This document shows, one piece after another, positions 10,238 to 20,062 of a stretch of DNA of 32,641 nt. Source of the DNA: Chrysochromulina tobinii (Eukaryota); contig JWZX01002042.1 in the NCBI GenBank assembly GCA_001275005.1, positions 1 to 32,641 of the forward strand, in the 5' to 3' direction. Position numbers and translations under genes: made by a program. Positions within the stretch are counted from its first letter, which is position 1, and each line of letters begins with the position of its first letter. The notes under the pieces are model-generated. The model made no database searches, was not told the DNA's origin, and saw only the letters and a list, made by a program, of their open reading frames with translations.

Positions 10238-12814
10238 CTACGAATCCCACTGGTCGGGCAGGCGATGGTACACGTGCTCGATCTCGCCCAGCCACGAAAA
10301 GACGAACCTGTGCGCATCAAGCACCTGCAGACGCCCTTCGGAGTACTGCGACGAGCGGAAGCCCGGCGCGGCCAGGCAGCCGTAGCCCTTCCACAGAGGC
10401 TTGGCCTCGAGCGGGAGCGTGCCCGCCGAGGTGCTCGGCACGGCGCCCGAAGCGGCCGAGGGCCATACCGGTAGAATGGGCTCTTCTTCGAAGCGGCGCT
10501 GCTCGCTGTGGCCTTCGAGAGGCACGTAGAAGGTCGTCGCGCCTGCGGGCACATGCACATCGCCGACCACCTTGGTGGCGACGAGTGTGGCTGCACCCAG
10601 CCGCGGCGCCTCACGGCACAGGTGCAGCCGCCGGCGAGCCGCCTCGCCGGGGCGCTCTTCTTCGCCGAGGCGCTCGCCGCGCCACATGCGTCGCGCCGTG
10701 TCGAGCGCGGACGGCCCGAGGCGCATCACGCGCACCGCAACCACCTCGATGTTCCGAGGCGCGTACTGCTGCCCATAGTCACTCGCATACAGCCCAGGCG
10801 CGGGCAGCATGCTCGCATCGATGCCTTCGCCAAAGTTCAGGGGTGGGTGGAGCGGGCACGACTGTGAACAGCTCGGCAGGCGTGAAAGGATGATCGCACA
10901 CTCGACGGGCCCCTCGACGGTGGTTTCGTCAAACGCCGACGCGGAGCTGCTGCCAGCGGCGGCGGCGAGGCCGCTGCGAAAGAGGAGGTCGGTCGCGACG
11001 CCAGGGTGCAGCTCGCCGAAGAGGACGCGAAGCCCCTCCATGAGTCGGTTCCTTGCCCCCGCCCCCGCTGCCCCGGAGGCCGCCGGGGACGTGGGGTTCT
11101 GAGCCCGCAGCGCGCGCAGTGCGCGCATGCGTCGGCTGGCCAGCCGTCCCATGTCGCCGCGGCTTGCGGCTTCGAGTCGGTCTAAAACCCACTCGATCCC
11201 CAGGGTGTGGCGGTGCTGCGGTGCCCAGCGCGGTTGGCCGCCGTTCAGAGCGACTTGGTCGGCAGGGTTGAGCTGCGGCGCCAAGGGGATATGCGCAGCA
11301 GTCGTGCCGGCTGGAGCCGCGTCGGAGGCGACACGACTGTCCGCGGGCGGCGGCGGCGCGGGCAGCCAGGCGAACCGGAGCACTGCAGCCGAGCGCCCCT
11401 CGTGCATCGAGGCGAGGAAGCCCAAGGGTACCATCTCCTCATATGGGCAATAGGGTGGCTGGGCGCTCTTTGCGCGGTGGTCGATGCTCATCTCGTCAGT
11501 TGGGTCGGTGAGATACTCAAGGGAGCACGCGCGTCCGATTACGGACGCGCGCGGCACGACGCTCAGGCGCGGCGGCGGCGACGGCAGTAGCAGCGGTGGA
11601 GTCCTTAAATGCTGAACCCAAGCGCTTGTACCATCAGCAGCGGTGGCGGCGGCAGGGTCGGCGGCGGCGGTAGCGGCGGTGGCGGCGGGATCGTCGTCGT
11701 CTTCATCATTGGCGGCGGTGGCCTGACGGCACTCGAAGTTGATGAGGATCGATGGCCCCGGCTCTGCGGCGAGCGTGAGCGTGGCTGTGCGCCCAGTGCC
11801 TCGCAGTGCGAGCCGCATGCCGACGGCTTCAAGCCCGCGCGGCCGACGCCCAGCATGACGCCCAGCTGCCGATCGCTCACCACAAAGTCGCAGGTGCATC
11901 AGCCCACACCACGGGAAGTCAGAGACGAGCGCCCATCGGCCGCCGTCCTGCACCGCGAGCGGCCCAATGTACCTCTCGAGCGCCTCGAAGAGCGACCGCT
12001 CATCGGCGAGTCCCCACTCCGAGGGCGTTTCGCCCACGAACGAGGGCCAGCGCTCGAAGATGAGAGCACGCCAAAGCATGCCGGAGAGGGCCAAGCTTCG
12101 AATGGCTTTGCACGAGGCGGTGGCGGCGGCCGCCGCCGAAAGAGACGTGGACGAGGTGAGAATGCTACAGAGCAGTGCGTCCGGTAGGTCGATCAGATGG
12201 AGTGGTGGAGACACCACGTCGGTGGCTCTCGCCGGCTCGATCAGATGGGCTGGCGGAGAAGCCTGAGGAGGCGGCGGCACAGTCGAGCCTTGCGTCATCG
12301 TCAAGCCTTGAGGCCTGGCCGCTCCGGCGACGGTCGCACAGATCTGTTGGGGCGTGAGGCTGATGCTGACTTGTAAGCAGATCTCATTTGTGGGGTCCGG
12401 GCGCTCTAGCGTGGCGAGCTGGCTGCCGAGCAGGCTGGACGGCATGAAGTGCCCCTTGCGCGCGTTGAGGCGCGCCTGCAGGAGCTCCTGACCACCGTCG
12501 AGGAAGACGAAAAGGAGCTCGGGGTCGCCAGCGCGCAGGCGATCGCGGTAGGCCTTCTTCAGCGCGGAGCAGGTCACGACCATAGCCTCGCCCCGGCCCT
12601 TGCCATCGGCGATACGCGTGGCCAAGGCGGCCAACCATCCCGCACGGTCGGCGTCGGTCAGTGGCGTGCCCGCGCTCATCTTGGCGATGTTCTCCGGCGG
12701 ATGGAAGAAATCTGCCTCGATGAGCACGGCGTCAGTGTGTCGCGCGTACAGCTCCGCCACGGTGCTCTTGCCGCAGCCGCAGACGCCCATGAAGACGAGG
12801 TTCGGAGACGCCAT
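10238..12814 (-). CDS. Gluconokinase (GntK/IdnK family) fused to an F-box and an FBXO31-like (cyclin D1-binding/DUF3506) C-terminal domain, 858 aa
   Basis: P-loop MGVCGCGKST, DFFHPPENIAKMSAGTPLTDADR, CSALKKAYRD and RKGHFMPSSLLGSQLATLE (aa 1-165). F-box LIDLPDALLCSIL...ASCKAIRSLA...LWR. C-terminal PGLYASDYG...IEVVAV...LVATKVVGDVHVPAG...WKGYGCLAAPGF. One uninterrupted ORF. Confidence 0.85.
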   Translation of the reverse strand: MASPNLVFMGVCGCGKSTVAELYARHTDAVLIEADFFHPPENIAKMSAGTPLTDADRAGWLAALATRIADGKGRGEAMVVTCSALKKAYRDRLRAGDPELLFVFLDGGQELLQARLNARKGHFMPSSLLGSQLATLERPDPTNEICLQVSISLTPQQICATVAGAARPQGLTMTQGSTVPPPPQASPPAHLIEPARATDVVSPPLHLIDLPDALLCSILTSSTSLSAAAAATASCKAIRSLALSGMLWRALIFERWPSFVGETPSEWGLADERSLFEALERYIGPLAVQDGGRWALVSDFPWCGLMHLRLCGERSAAGRHAGRRPRGLEAVGMRLALRGTGRTATLTLAAEPGPSILINFECRQATAANDEDDDDPAATAATAAADPAAATAADGTSAWVQHLRTPPLLLPSPPPRLSVVPRASVIGRACSLEYLTDPTDEMSIDHRAKSAQPPYCPYEEMVPLGFLASMHEGRSAAVLRFAWLPAPPPPADSRVASDAAPAGTTAAHIPLAPQLNPADQVALNGGQPRWAPQHRHTLGIEWVLDRLEAASRGDMGRLASRRMRALRALRAQNPTSPAASGAAGAGARNRLMEGLRVLFGELHPGVATDLLFRSGLAAAAGSSSASAFDETTVEGPVECAIILSRLPSCSQSCPLHPPLNFGEGIDASMLPAPGLYASDYGQQYAPRNIEVVAVRVMRLGPSALDTARRMWRGERLGEEERPGEAARRRLHLCREAPRLGAATLVATKVVGDVHVPAGATTFYVPLEGHSEQRRFEEEPILPVWPSAASGAVPSTSAGTLPLEAKPLWKGYGCLAAPGFRSSQYSEGRLQVLDAHRFVFSWLGEIEHVYHRLPDQWDS

Positions 12815-12958
12815 GTTTGTTGGCGCCGGCCCAGCCGAAAAACTGTATCTCGAAGTCGGCGCCCGCGAATCTTCTCTTCGAAGATTGAGTACATGAACAA
12901 GTTGTAGTGCAACGAAAATTCACAGACATTCGTGGTTCACAATCGGTTCACACGCGCG

Positions 12959-13828
12959 ATGGAGGCTCTGGGCGGACGGACGCGGCAGACTCAGCCGCCG
13001 AGTGCGCAGATGGTGGAGACGCCCGCCATCGACGCCTTACTCGCGGCCTATCACTCGGGGAAGCTGGCGCAGAGCCGTGCTAAGATCGTCGTGCCCAGCA
13101 CCTTCTTGCCGAGCACCTCGATCTGTGCACTTCCGCTTAGGGTGCGGTGCACTAGCATGGCCCCAGCGATGAGACCACAGGACGCCGCCGCCGCCGCCGT
13201 CACTGCCGCCGCCGCCGCTGTTGCCGCGCCGGCCGCCACAGGGTCCGTTGATGCCCCGTCGTTGTCCGAGGCTGCGACTTCGAGCTCGGCCGCTCCAAGT
13301 CCCGCTTCTCCTGAGCTTATGACGTTGTCCGAGGCTGCGACTTCGAGCACGGCCGCTCCAAGTCCCGCTTCTCCTGAGCTTACGCCGCCGACCGCGCGCC
13401 ACTCGGCAAGCGGCGAGCCTTATCGGCCTTCACTTGTAAACATCGCCTCCGCAGACGATCTAGCTCCTGACGCCGCAGCGCCTGCGGAGCCCTTGACCGT
13501 GCATTTGCCTTCGACCGCGTCCGCGACGGCGCCTGAAGGGCCCTTGCCAACGCCAATGCCGTTGCGCTCGCTCGCGCCCACTACGGCGCTTATCGAACCC
13601 TTTCCCATGCCGTCGCCCTCGGCCATGCCCGCGACGGCACCTGACGAGCCCTTGCCCATGCCCATGCACTCGCAGCCGCCACCGATTCACCCGCCACCAG
13701 TGCACCCACCAACGGTGAAGCCGCCTCCTGTGCAGCCGCCATCGCCAACGCGCAGCCACTTCATCGCATCTCCTCCCCACAGCCCGTTCCACGAAGGACA
13801 AAAGCTCTCTTCATTCGTGGGGCTTTAG
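12959..13828 (+). CDS. Hypothetical Pro/Ala/Ser-rich protein with an internal 63-nt tandem duplication
   Basis: Long ORF from ATG 12959, divergent from the gluconokinase gene. LSEAATSS(S/T)AAPSPASPEL is duplicated at about 13260 and 13323. Confidence 0.5.
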   Translation: MEALGGRTRQTQPPSAQMVETPAIDALLAAYHSGKLAQSRAKIVVPSTFLPSTSICALPLRVRCTSMAPAMRPQDAAAAAVTAAAAAVAAPAATGSVDAPSLSEAATSSSAAPSPASPELMTLSEAATSSTAAPSPASPELTPPTARHSASGEPYRPSLVNIASADDLAPDAAAPAEPLTVHLPSTASATAPEGPLPTPMPLRSLAPTTALIEPFPMPSPSAMPATAPDEPLPMPMHSQPPPIHPPPVHPPTVKPPPVQPPSPTRSHFIASPPHSPFHEGQKLSSFVGL

Positions 13829-14092
13829 TGGGTCTTCATTGGCGAATGGCGTGTTCTTGCAAGTGTCAGCGTATACGACACTAAAGACCGCGCGTGCCTG
13901 CGTGCGCGGCGGAGGCGCGCGGCTGTCCCTCTGGCGCCATTTTAGGGGGTTTTGAGGCGGCCGTCTCGCGCATTACTTAGAGTAAGTAAGTAAGCCAAGT
14001 ATACAACCCAACCGCGCCCCCGGTGCCGCGGAGCTCACCAGCTCACGAGTGGCCTCCTCTCCCCCACACACACGGTAACTCGACGGCGTTTG

Positions 14093-14878
14093 TCACCGAC
14101 CCGCAAACTTATCGTAGAACCTGTTCATGTAGTCCTTGCGACGCTGACCAGCGAGAAGCACCCGCTCGGGTGCATCTTCCGCACGCTCGGGAACGTGAAA
14201 TCGACCCTCGATGGAGCTCCACGAGTTGAAGCGCACGTTGTAAACGGACTCGTCGCGTGCCCATGCCTCGAGATGCCCACGGGTCCGATGCGGGGATGCG
14301 CTCCCACAGTGCACATTCAGCCCTCGTAGCGCCGGTGGCCGTGGTTTGTAAGGCGTGTCGTCCCAAAGTCCTTCAGCCCTACTGGAGCGAGAAACGCGCG
14401 CAGAACTGAACCCCGTGGACGAGCTGTACCTTGCTGAGTCGAAACTAGCACGAGGCGTCGGTGAAGCTGCGCGAGGAGTCCGTGCTGAGCTGGAGCGAGG
14501 TGACCGTGCTGAGTTCTTCGCGGATCTTGCTGAGTTGGGTACCCGCGCTGAGCTCCTCGCGGGACTCGGAGGGCGTATTGTTGGATTCTCTCCCTTGAGC
14601 TTTTCCAAGAGACGGTCTCCGGCCTGCTTCTGTTCTTTCGTCCTGGTATCTATCTTTGGGGGCGTTTTGGAGTCACCTACACCCGCCGGTGGAGACTTGG
14701 AAGGTGCTGGTGCTGCAGCTGCTGGTGGCGCGGCGGGACTATCCGCCGATGCTGGGGCTGATGAAAAACCTATCTCAATAGGCGGAAGCGAGTCCAGCTC
14801 GGGCTTGCTGCTATTCGGCCTGTCTTCGGGTTCTGGTTCGGCGCTGACGTGCAAGTCGCGCTCGAACTCTGCTTCCAT
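14093..14878 (-). CDS. Hypothetical protein with SAR/SPR-rich low-complexity middle and ordered C-terminus
   Basis: ORF with probable ATG at 14878 (MEAEFERDL). No recognised domain. Confidence 0.6.
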   Translation of the reverse strand: MEAEFERDLHVSAEPEPEDRPNSSKPELDSLPPIEIGFSSAPASADSPAAPPAAAAPAPSKSPPAGVGDSKTPPKIDTRTKEQKQAGDRLLEKLKGENPTIRPPSPARSSARVPNSARSAKNSARSPRSSSARTPRAASPTPRASFDSARYSSSTGFSSARVSRSSRAEGLWDDTPYKPRPPALRGLNVHCGSASPHRTRGHLEAWARDESVYNVRFNSWSSIEGRFHVPERAEDAPERVLLAGQRRKDYMNRFYDKFAGR

Positions 14879-15300
14879 GGCGCGCGTCTGCCTGGACTGG
14901 CCTGCCAGCCGCGATTTAGGCTTACCTTCCCGCGAGCGAGCGTTCATGGACCACCATTTTCCCACAGGTCAGAGGTCGAACGGGATGTTTTTGTTACATG
15001 TAGGCTTGTATACAAAAGGTCTCGAGGTCTCGATATACACATGCGTGTGTAGCGGTTTGTGTAGGTTACAATTGAAGGAACAAAATTCCATCTTACAATT
15101 GTACCATGCAAAATACGTTCAGCCGTGGCCTTACGGCTGCCAGATCGGTCGCACGGCATAGTACCAAGCTCGTAAATCCCAGCTATGCACCAAAGGCGCT
15201 CACTTTTCGATGACCAGATTCATCAACGTCAGCACCGCTTCCATGAGGCGTACAGTACTTTCTCACCGAAGGGGAGCGCCTCTCTTTCTTTCACCGCACA

Positions 15301-16032
15301 ATGGCGGCGGCGGCCTTGTCGGAGGCGCTGACATGGCACGAGGCACCCCTGGGGAGTGCACTGATGTCCTCCACCGAATCGGAGCTTGCAGAGGCTGTCT
15401 GCAGCAGCCGATCGGTGATCATCGTGCCCGATTTCTGCACGCCCGAAGAGGTCACCCTCCTGGTCAAGGCGGGCGTGCGTGCGGCTGAGCAGCATATGCA
15501 AAACCCGCTCACGTCGAGCGAGTCGCGCTTTCGAATCGAGGTGTTTGGTCGGCGGTTGATTTCCAATGGCGTCACCTTGACTTCGCTAGATCGCGAAGTA
15601 CAGGTGCTTGCCACGGATCTTGTGTACCGGGCCCTGGATCTCATTCAGTCACGTAATCCCGTGCTGGCCGACGGGATGCGCATCAGCGGCTGTACGGCCG
15701 ACACGAGGCTGAGCTACTCAGCCGGCGAGCCCGCCATCAACGTGTACTACGCGCCGGGCGGCGACTTCAAGCCGCACCGCGACATGCAGTCAATGACGCT
15801 CCTGGTGTCGCTCTCGCCACTCACCGACTACGAGGGCGGTGGCACACACTTTTACGAGCCTGCTGCGACGCCCTCCGAGGCCATACGGGGTAAGGCTGTC
15901 CCCATCGCGACTTTGCGTCAGCCGGCAGGTGCAGCCCTGCTCTGGGGCGGCGAGTTGACGCATGCAGCGGCAGCTGTGACTAAAGGCCGAAGGCTCGTCT
16001 TTGTCGCGAGCGTGACGCCGCAAGACGTATAA
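15301..16032 (+). CDS. 2-oxoglutarate/Fe(II)-dependent oxygenase (P4H/PLOD-like fold)
   Basis: FKPHRD (HxD), MTLLVSLS..DYEGGGTHF, GAALLWGGELTH, VTKGRRLVFV (distal His and 2OG-binding Arg). Confidence 0.88.
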   Translation: MAAAALSEALTWHEAPLGSALMSSTESELAEAVCSSRSVIIVPDFCTPEEVTLLVKAGVRAAEQHMQNPLTSSESRFRIEVFGRRLISNGVTLTSLDREVQVLATDLVYRALDLIQSRNPVLADGMRISGCTADTRLSYSAGEPAINVYYAPGGDFKPHRDMQSMTLLVSLSPLTDYEGGGTHFYEPAATPSEAIRGKAVPIATLRQPAGAALLWGGELTHAAAAVTKGRRLVFVASVTPQDV

Positions 16033-16384
16033 AATATTTGGCGCGGGTCGGTATAGATGTGAGTGATCATCTTAGCAATTACTAGGTGCATCGAACAGTA
16101 GAGAGTAGAAACAGTACGTCGTCTACGGGTAGTTGTGGTTGACTGTCGGTAAGCGCGCGGCATGAACTGCGCACGAGTGGTTCCTATATAACGCCATGTC
16201 CTAACTCCTAAGCACAAGGGTCAAGGCGCCAAGTACCGTTAAAAGTACCTGCTTCTTGCCGCGGCTCCGGGTCTTTTTATTACGCGGGCGGACCGCGCGG
16301 CAGTTCCACTATCCAGCCGAGCTTCCGCGCGCGGCGGTGACTCGGGGTTCGGGGAGAGCTCCACAAGTCGAGTCACTCCGAGTT

Positions 16385-18920
16385 CTACGTGTCTTGCGTG
16401 CGGACCCAGTCCAAGAGGGACGGTTCGACGCCAGCGGCGGCGAGAATGGCGGCTCCCGGCGGCGCAGGCTTCGCTAGCGGTGCGAGCCGAAGCGGGAGCT
16501 CGCGTGGGCGCATGTTGAGCGCGGCCAGCTCACGCGGCGAGCTGCACGCCAACGCAGCTACATCTCGACTACCACCGGACGCGGTGGGCACCTGTCGAGG
16601 CACCTGGGAGGAGAGCCTTCCCACACCGCCTCCGCCGCCAGATGTGCCCAGATGGGACAGAGCCATTGGCCGAGGCGAGTGGAGGGTGCCGCCAATGCCT
16701 TCGGAAGGGCGTGACAGCCGCAAGCGCGTTTCGGTCGGGGTCGCCCCACCGGCCGCCCCACCGAGGCAACGCGGCGAAGCCAACGCCGCCGAGAAGCCGC
16801 CGCTGCCTCCACTAGCGCCTGCGCCGCCGCCTGCGCCTCCGCCTGCGGGTGGCTGCCCATCGAGGATCCACTCGTGCCTGAGCGCCTCGTCGGGTGTGAA
16901 ACGGCTCGACGCCTCCCATCTTAGGCAACCTTCGAGGAAGGAGACGAACCCCGCATCGGAGCAGCGGAGGGCGCCCATAATGTCCGTCGAGCCTGGTCGC
17001 CGTCGGAGGCCCTTGGAATTCGTTACGAGCCGAGGCTGCCCGTGCTCGTCGAAGAAGGTCTTCCGGCGCGACGCCTCCTTGGCGAGCTCGGGCGGCGGCG
17101 GCCCGAGCACCTCCATCACACAGCAGAGCTGCTCCACCTCTGACTCGCCGGCGAAGAGAGGGTTGCCCGTGAACAGCTCCGCCAACACGCAGCCTAGGGA
17201 CCAGATGTCTATGGCGCAAAAGTAGGGCCGGCCGAGGAGCACCTCGGGCGCGCGGTAGAAGCGGCTCTGAATGTACGCGTACACGGGCTGCGCGTCGAAG
17301 CACGACGAGCCGAAGTCGACCAGCTTGATCGCCGACCGGCCCGGAGTGGTCAGCAGGATGTTCTCGGGCTTCCGATCGCAGTGTGAAGTGAACGTGGACG
17401 TGTCAGTGGCCCTCAGAGGCACTCGGTGGTACTCAGAGGCACTCAGAGGCACTCAGAGGCACTCAGAGGCACGCAGAGGCACGCAGAGGCATGCAGAGGA
17501 ACTCAGAGGCACTCAGAGGCACTCAGAGGCACTCAGAGGCACGCAGAGGCACGCAGCGGCATGCAGCGGCACTCAGAGGCACTCAGCGGCACTCAGCGGC
17601 ACTCAGAGGCACTCAGAGGCACTCAGCGGCACGCAGCGGCAATTCACGACACTCACCTTCAGATCACAGTGCACGATCTCGCGCTGGCGCAGGAAGCGCA
17701 GCGCCTCGAGTAGCTGCACCGCGAAGCGCCGGATCAGCGGGAGCGAGACGCCCATGAAACAATTGGCCTTGAGGAACTCGTACAGGCTCATGGAGAGCAG
17801 CTCGCATGCAAGACACAGGTGGCCCCGGAAGGAGAAGTGCTCATGCAAGCGCAGGCAATGGCACTCGTCGCGGGGGTCGTACTCAGCGACCGTGCGCAGC
17901 ACCTGCGCCAACCAGACGGACTCAGAGACCCTCACTAGCCATTCGATCACTCATCATCAGCGTGCTCGTGCTGCCTCAGGCGTGCTCGTGCGCACTCAGG
18001 CACACTCAGCGCAGTCAGCGCACCTTGGCCTCGACGAAACCCGCGCACGTAATCCGCGGACGTAATCCCGGCACGTAATCAGCGCACTTAATCAGCACAC
18101 GCATTCAGCGCACCTTGGCCTCGACGAGCGCTTGCTTGTGGAAGCGCGCCTTGTTCCGGATCACCTTGATGGCCACCGGCCGCTGCATCTGGTGGTCGAA
18201 GGCGCGGAGTACCTGCCCGAAGGCGCCGCGACCCACGACGCCGAGCACCTCATACCGGTAGTTCAGGTGGTCGTGCAGCGTCACATGGTAGTCGCCACGC
18301 TCGTCGTCGTACCTGTGAGGGAGGGACGGGGCGAAGTGCTGAGCCGTTGCATGCAAGGCAGCTCGGCCTTCCTCGTCGTCGTACCCGTGATTATGCTCGC
18401 CCGGCAGCAGCGTCGCGCGCGGCTTGCTCGCGGTCTCGCCAGCCCAATAGACGGTCCCCACGTCGCGGATCTCGGCACGCTCATACTCCGTAAGCCCGGT
18501 GGTGCCCAGTCCACGCAGCACTTCGTCGCCTGACAGCGACACGCCAAAACCAAGCCCGAGTGAACCACCACCCAGCCGGCCATCGTTGCCGCTCGTGCTG
18601 CCACCGTCATCAGCTCGCGGCTGCGCAGCCGGAGGTGCATGCGACGATGGCGGTAGCTGGTGCTGCGACGGCTCCGGCGGCGGCGGCTGCGTCTGTGGCG
18701 GCTGCTGCGGCCTCTGCGGCGGCTGCGGCGGCTGCGAGACCTGTTCGCTCACTGCCAGTCCCAACGCTGTGGCCGCACTCGTCAACGTTATCACGTTCTG
18801 CCGCGGGCTGGGCTGTCGCCGCTGCAGCAGCGCAGACGCGGGCCGTAGGGACAGCGGCTGCCGCTGCGGCTGCGTGCTCCGCTTGGAGGACAGCGTTGGG
18901 AGTGCACCATGAGTCCGCAT
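16385..18920 (-). CDS. DYRK: Dual-specificity tyrosine-regulated kinase (class 2 DYRK-like), 4 exons
   Basis: Exons 18920-18385, 18312-18114, 17902-17657 and 17368-16385. Spliced product has the DH box HNHGYDDERGDY, GRGAFGQV, VAIKVIRNK, IVHCDLK|PENILL, DFGSSC and the activation loop YAYIQSRFYRAPEV. Confidence 0.92.
17369..17656 (-). other. DYRK intron (288 nt) containing about 23 decamer repeats, with a 15-nt imperfect flanking direct repeat
   Basis: AAG|GTGAGT ... CGGAAG|CCC. Array 17411-17640 of ACTCAGAGGC variants (GAGTGCCTCT on the sense strand). Confidence 0.9.
17903..18113 (-). other. DYRK intron (211 nt) composed of two stacked GT..AG units (18113-18024 and 18023-17903)
   Basis: 23-nt repeat TCAGCGCACCTTGGCCTCGACGA at 18015-18037 and 18105-18127 spans the exon end plus the donor site. 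Confidence 0.85.
18313..18384 (-). other. DYRK intron (72 nt, stop-free, frame-preserving) with a 14-nt flanking direct repeat
   Basis: CTCGTCGTCGTACC at 18300-18313 and 18372-18385. Removal restores the DH box. Confidence 0.8.
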
Positions 18921-19031
18921 TTGCGTCCAACTTCCTCGCCAAACTTCTTATCAGATCTAGTGGACGCGACGACTTCCAAGCACTGGCGGCTCAACGTCTG
19001 GCGCCTCGTAGTGTGAATATCCGTCGTTCTC

Positions 19032-19931
19032 ATGGCGTCAGCCGAGAGCGCGCGGGTGGCTCCCAAGCCATTACCGACACCCTTCACCCTGCTCGACGCC
19101 GACGACGACGACGACGAGACAGCGGGCGACAGCCCGAGCTTCAACCAGGCCGCCAGCGATGTCGCGCTCGCCCTCGTGGAGGCACCTCGGCGCTCGCTGC
19201 AAATGGCATCGCGGGAGGCGGGGCCGCCGCACGCCCTCGGTGGCCAGATGGCGCACAGGGTGCTGCGTGACGCTCTCGCCCTGCAGCTTGCGCGGCGGGG
19301 CTTCGACGGGCTGCGGAATACGGCGCTTTGGCTCGTGGCCGAGCTCGCCGCCGACTTTATCAAGGCGCTCGGGGCACAGCTCGCCGCGCAGCCGGCCGCG
19401 ACGCCAGCCGCGACCGTGCGGCGTCTCCAGCGTCACACCAACATGCTCAGCGCGTCCGAGTGGCACCAGGCACAGATCAGCTTCGTGCGCGTCGCCGAGC
19501 CCGTCGGGCCCGGCGGCACCGCCATGCGCGGCCAGAGCGGCTCGGTCGCTGCCTCGGTCGCGCCTCTGTACACGGCGATGCGCGGCGCGTGGAATTACAA
19601 GCAGACGCTCGCCGGGCGGCAGTCACATCAGAATGCGGGCCAGACCGACGTGCCCACCCCCAGCACAACCGCGGGCTCCGCTGCAGGCCTCAGCGGTCGT
19701 GAGCTCTCTGAATCCCTTCGGCTCTCGAAGAAGCAACGGCAATTGGCTGAGACTTGGCTGCAGACGGGCAGCGTGGGCTTCCCGGTCACGGCGCCCGTGC
19801 TGCTGCCCGGGCGGGCGATCGCAAAGGAGGCTGCCGCCGCCGCGGCCGCGGCCGCGGCTGCGCCAACCGCTCCACCGCCAGTGCCGCGAGGAGGGCGCGG
19901 AGGGCGCGGAGGGCGCAACGCCGGAAGGTAG
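19032..19931 (+). CDS. Histone-fold (bromodomain-associated/BTP-like, SPT7/TAF8-type) protein
   Basis: HRVLRDALALQLARRGFDGLRNTALWLVAELAADFIKALG resembles the BTP histone fold. Acidic N-terminus and RGG C-terminal tail. Confidence 0.55.
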   Translation: MASAESARVAPKPLPTPFTLLDADDDDDETAGDSPSFNQAASDVALALVEAPRRSLQMASREAGPPHALGGQMAHRVLRDALALQLARRGFDGLRNTALWLVAELAADFIKALGAQLAAQPAATPAATVRRLQRHTNMLSASEWHQAQISFVRVAEPVGPGGTAMRGQSGSVAASVAPLYTAMRGAWNYKQTLAGRQSHQNAGQTDVPTPSTTAGSAAGLSGRELSESLRLSKKQRQLAETWLQTGSVGFPVTAPVLLPGRAIAKEAAAAAAAAAAAPTAPPPVPRGGRGGRGGRNAGR

Positions 19932-20062
19932 CTACGACCTACGTGTTTCGCGACTTCCGCTTCCGTGTTGTGGCTATTAGGCCACGTGTTTATGCGCCAG
20001 TGGGCCACTTCACGTTCACAGAACGCAAGATACGGAGCTCATGAAAAAGGGAGAATCTTCGA

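Noticed and set aside
17271..18065. ORFs with (GTQRHSEALR)n repeats
   Set aside because: These are antisense translations of the intronic decamer array in the DYRK gene.
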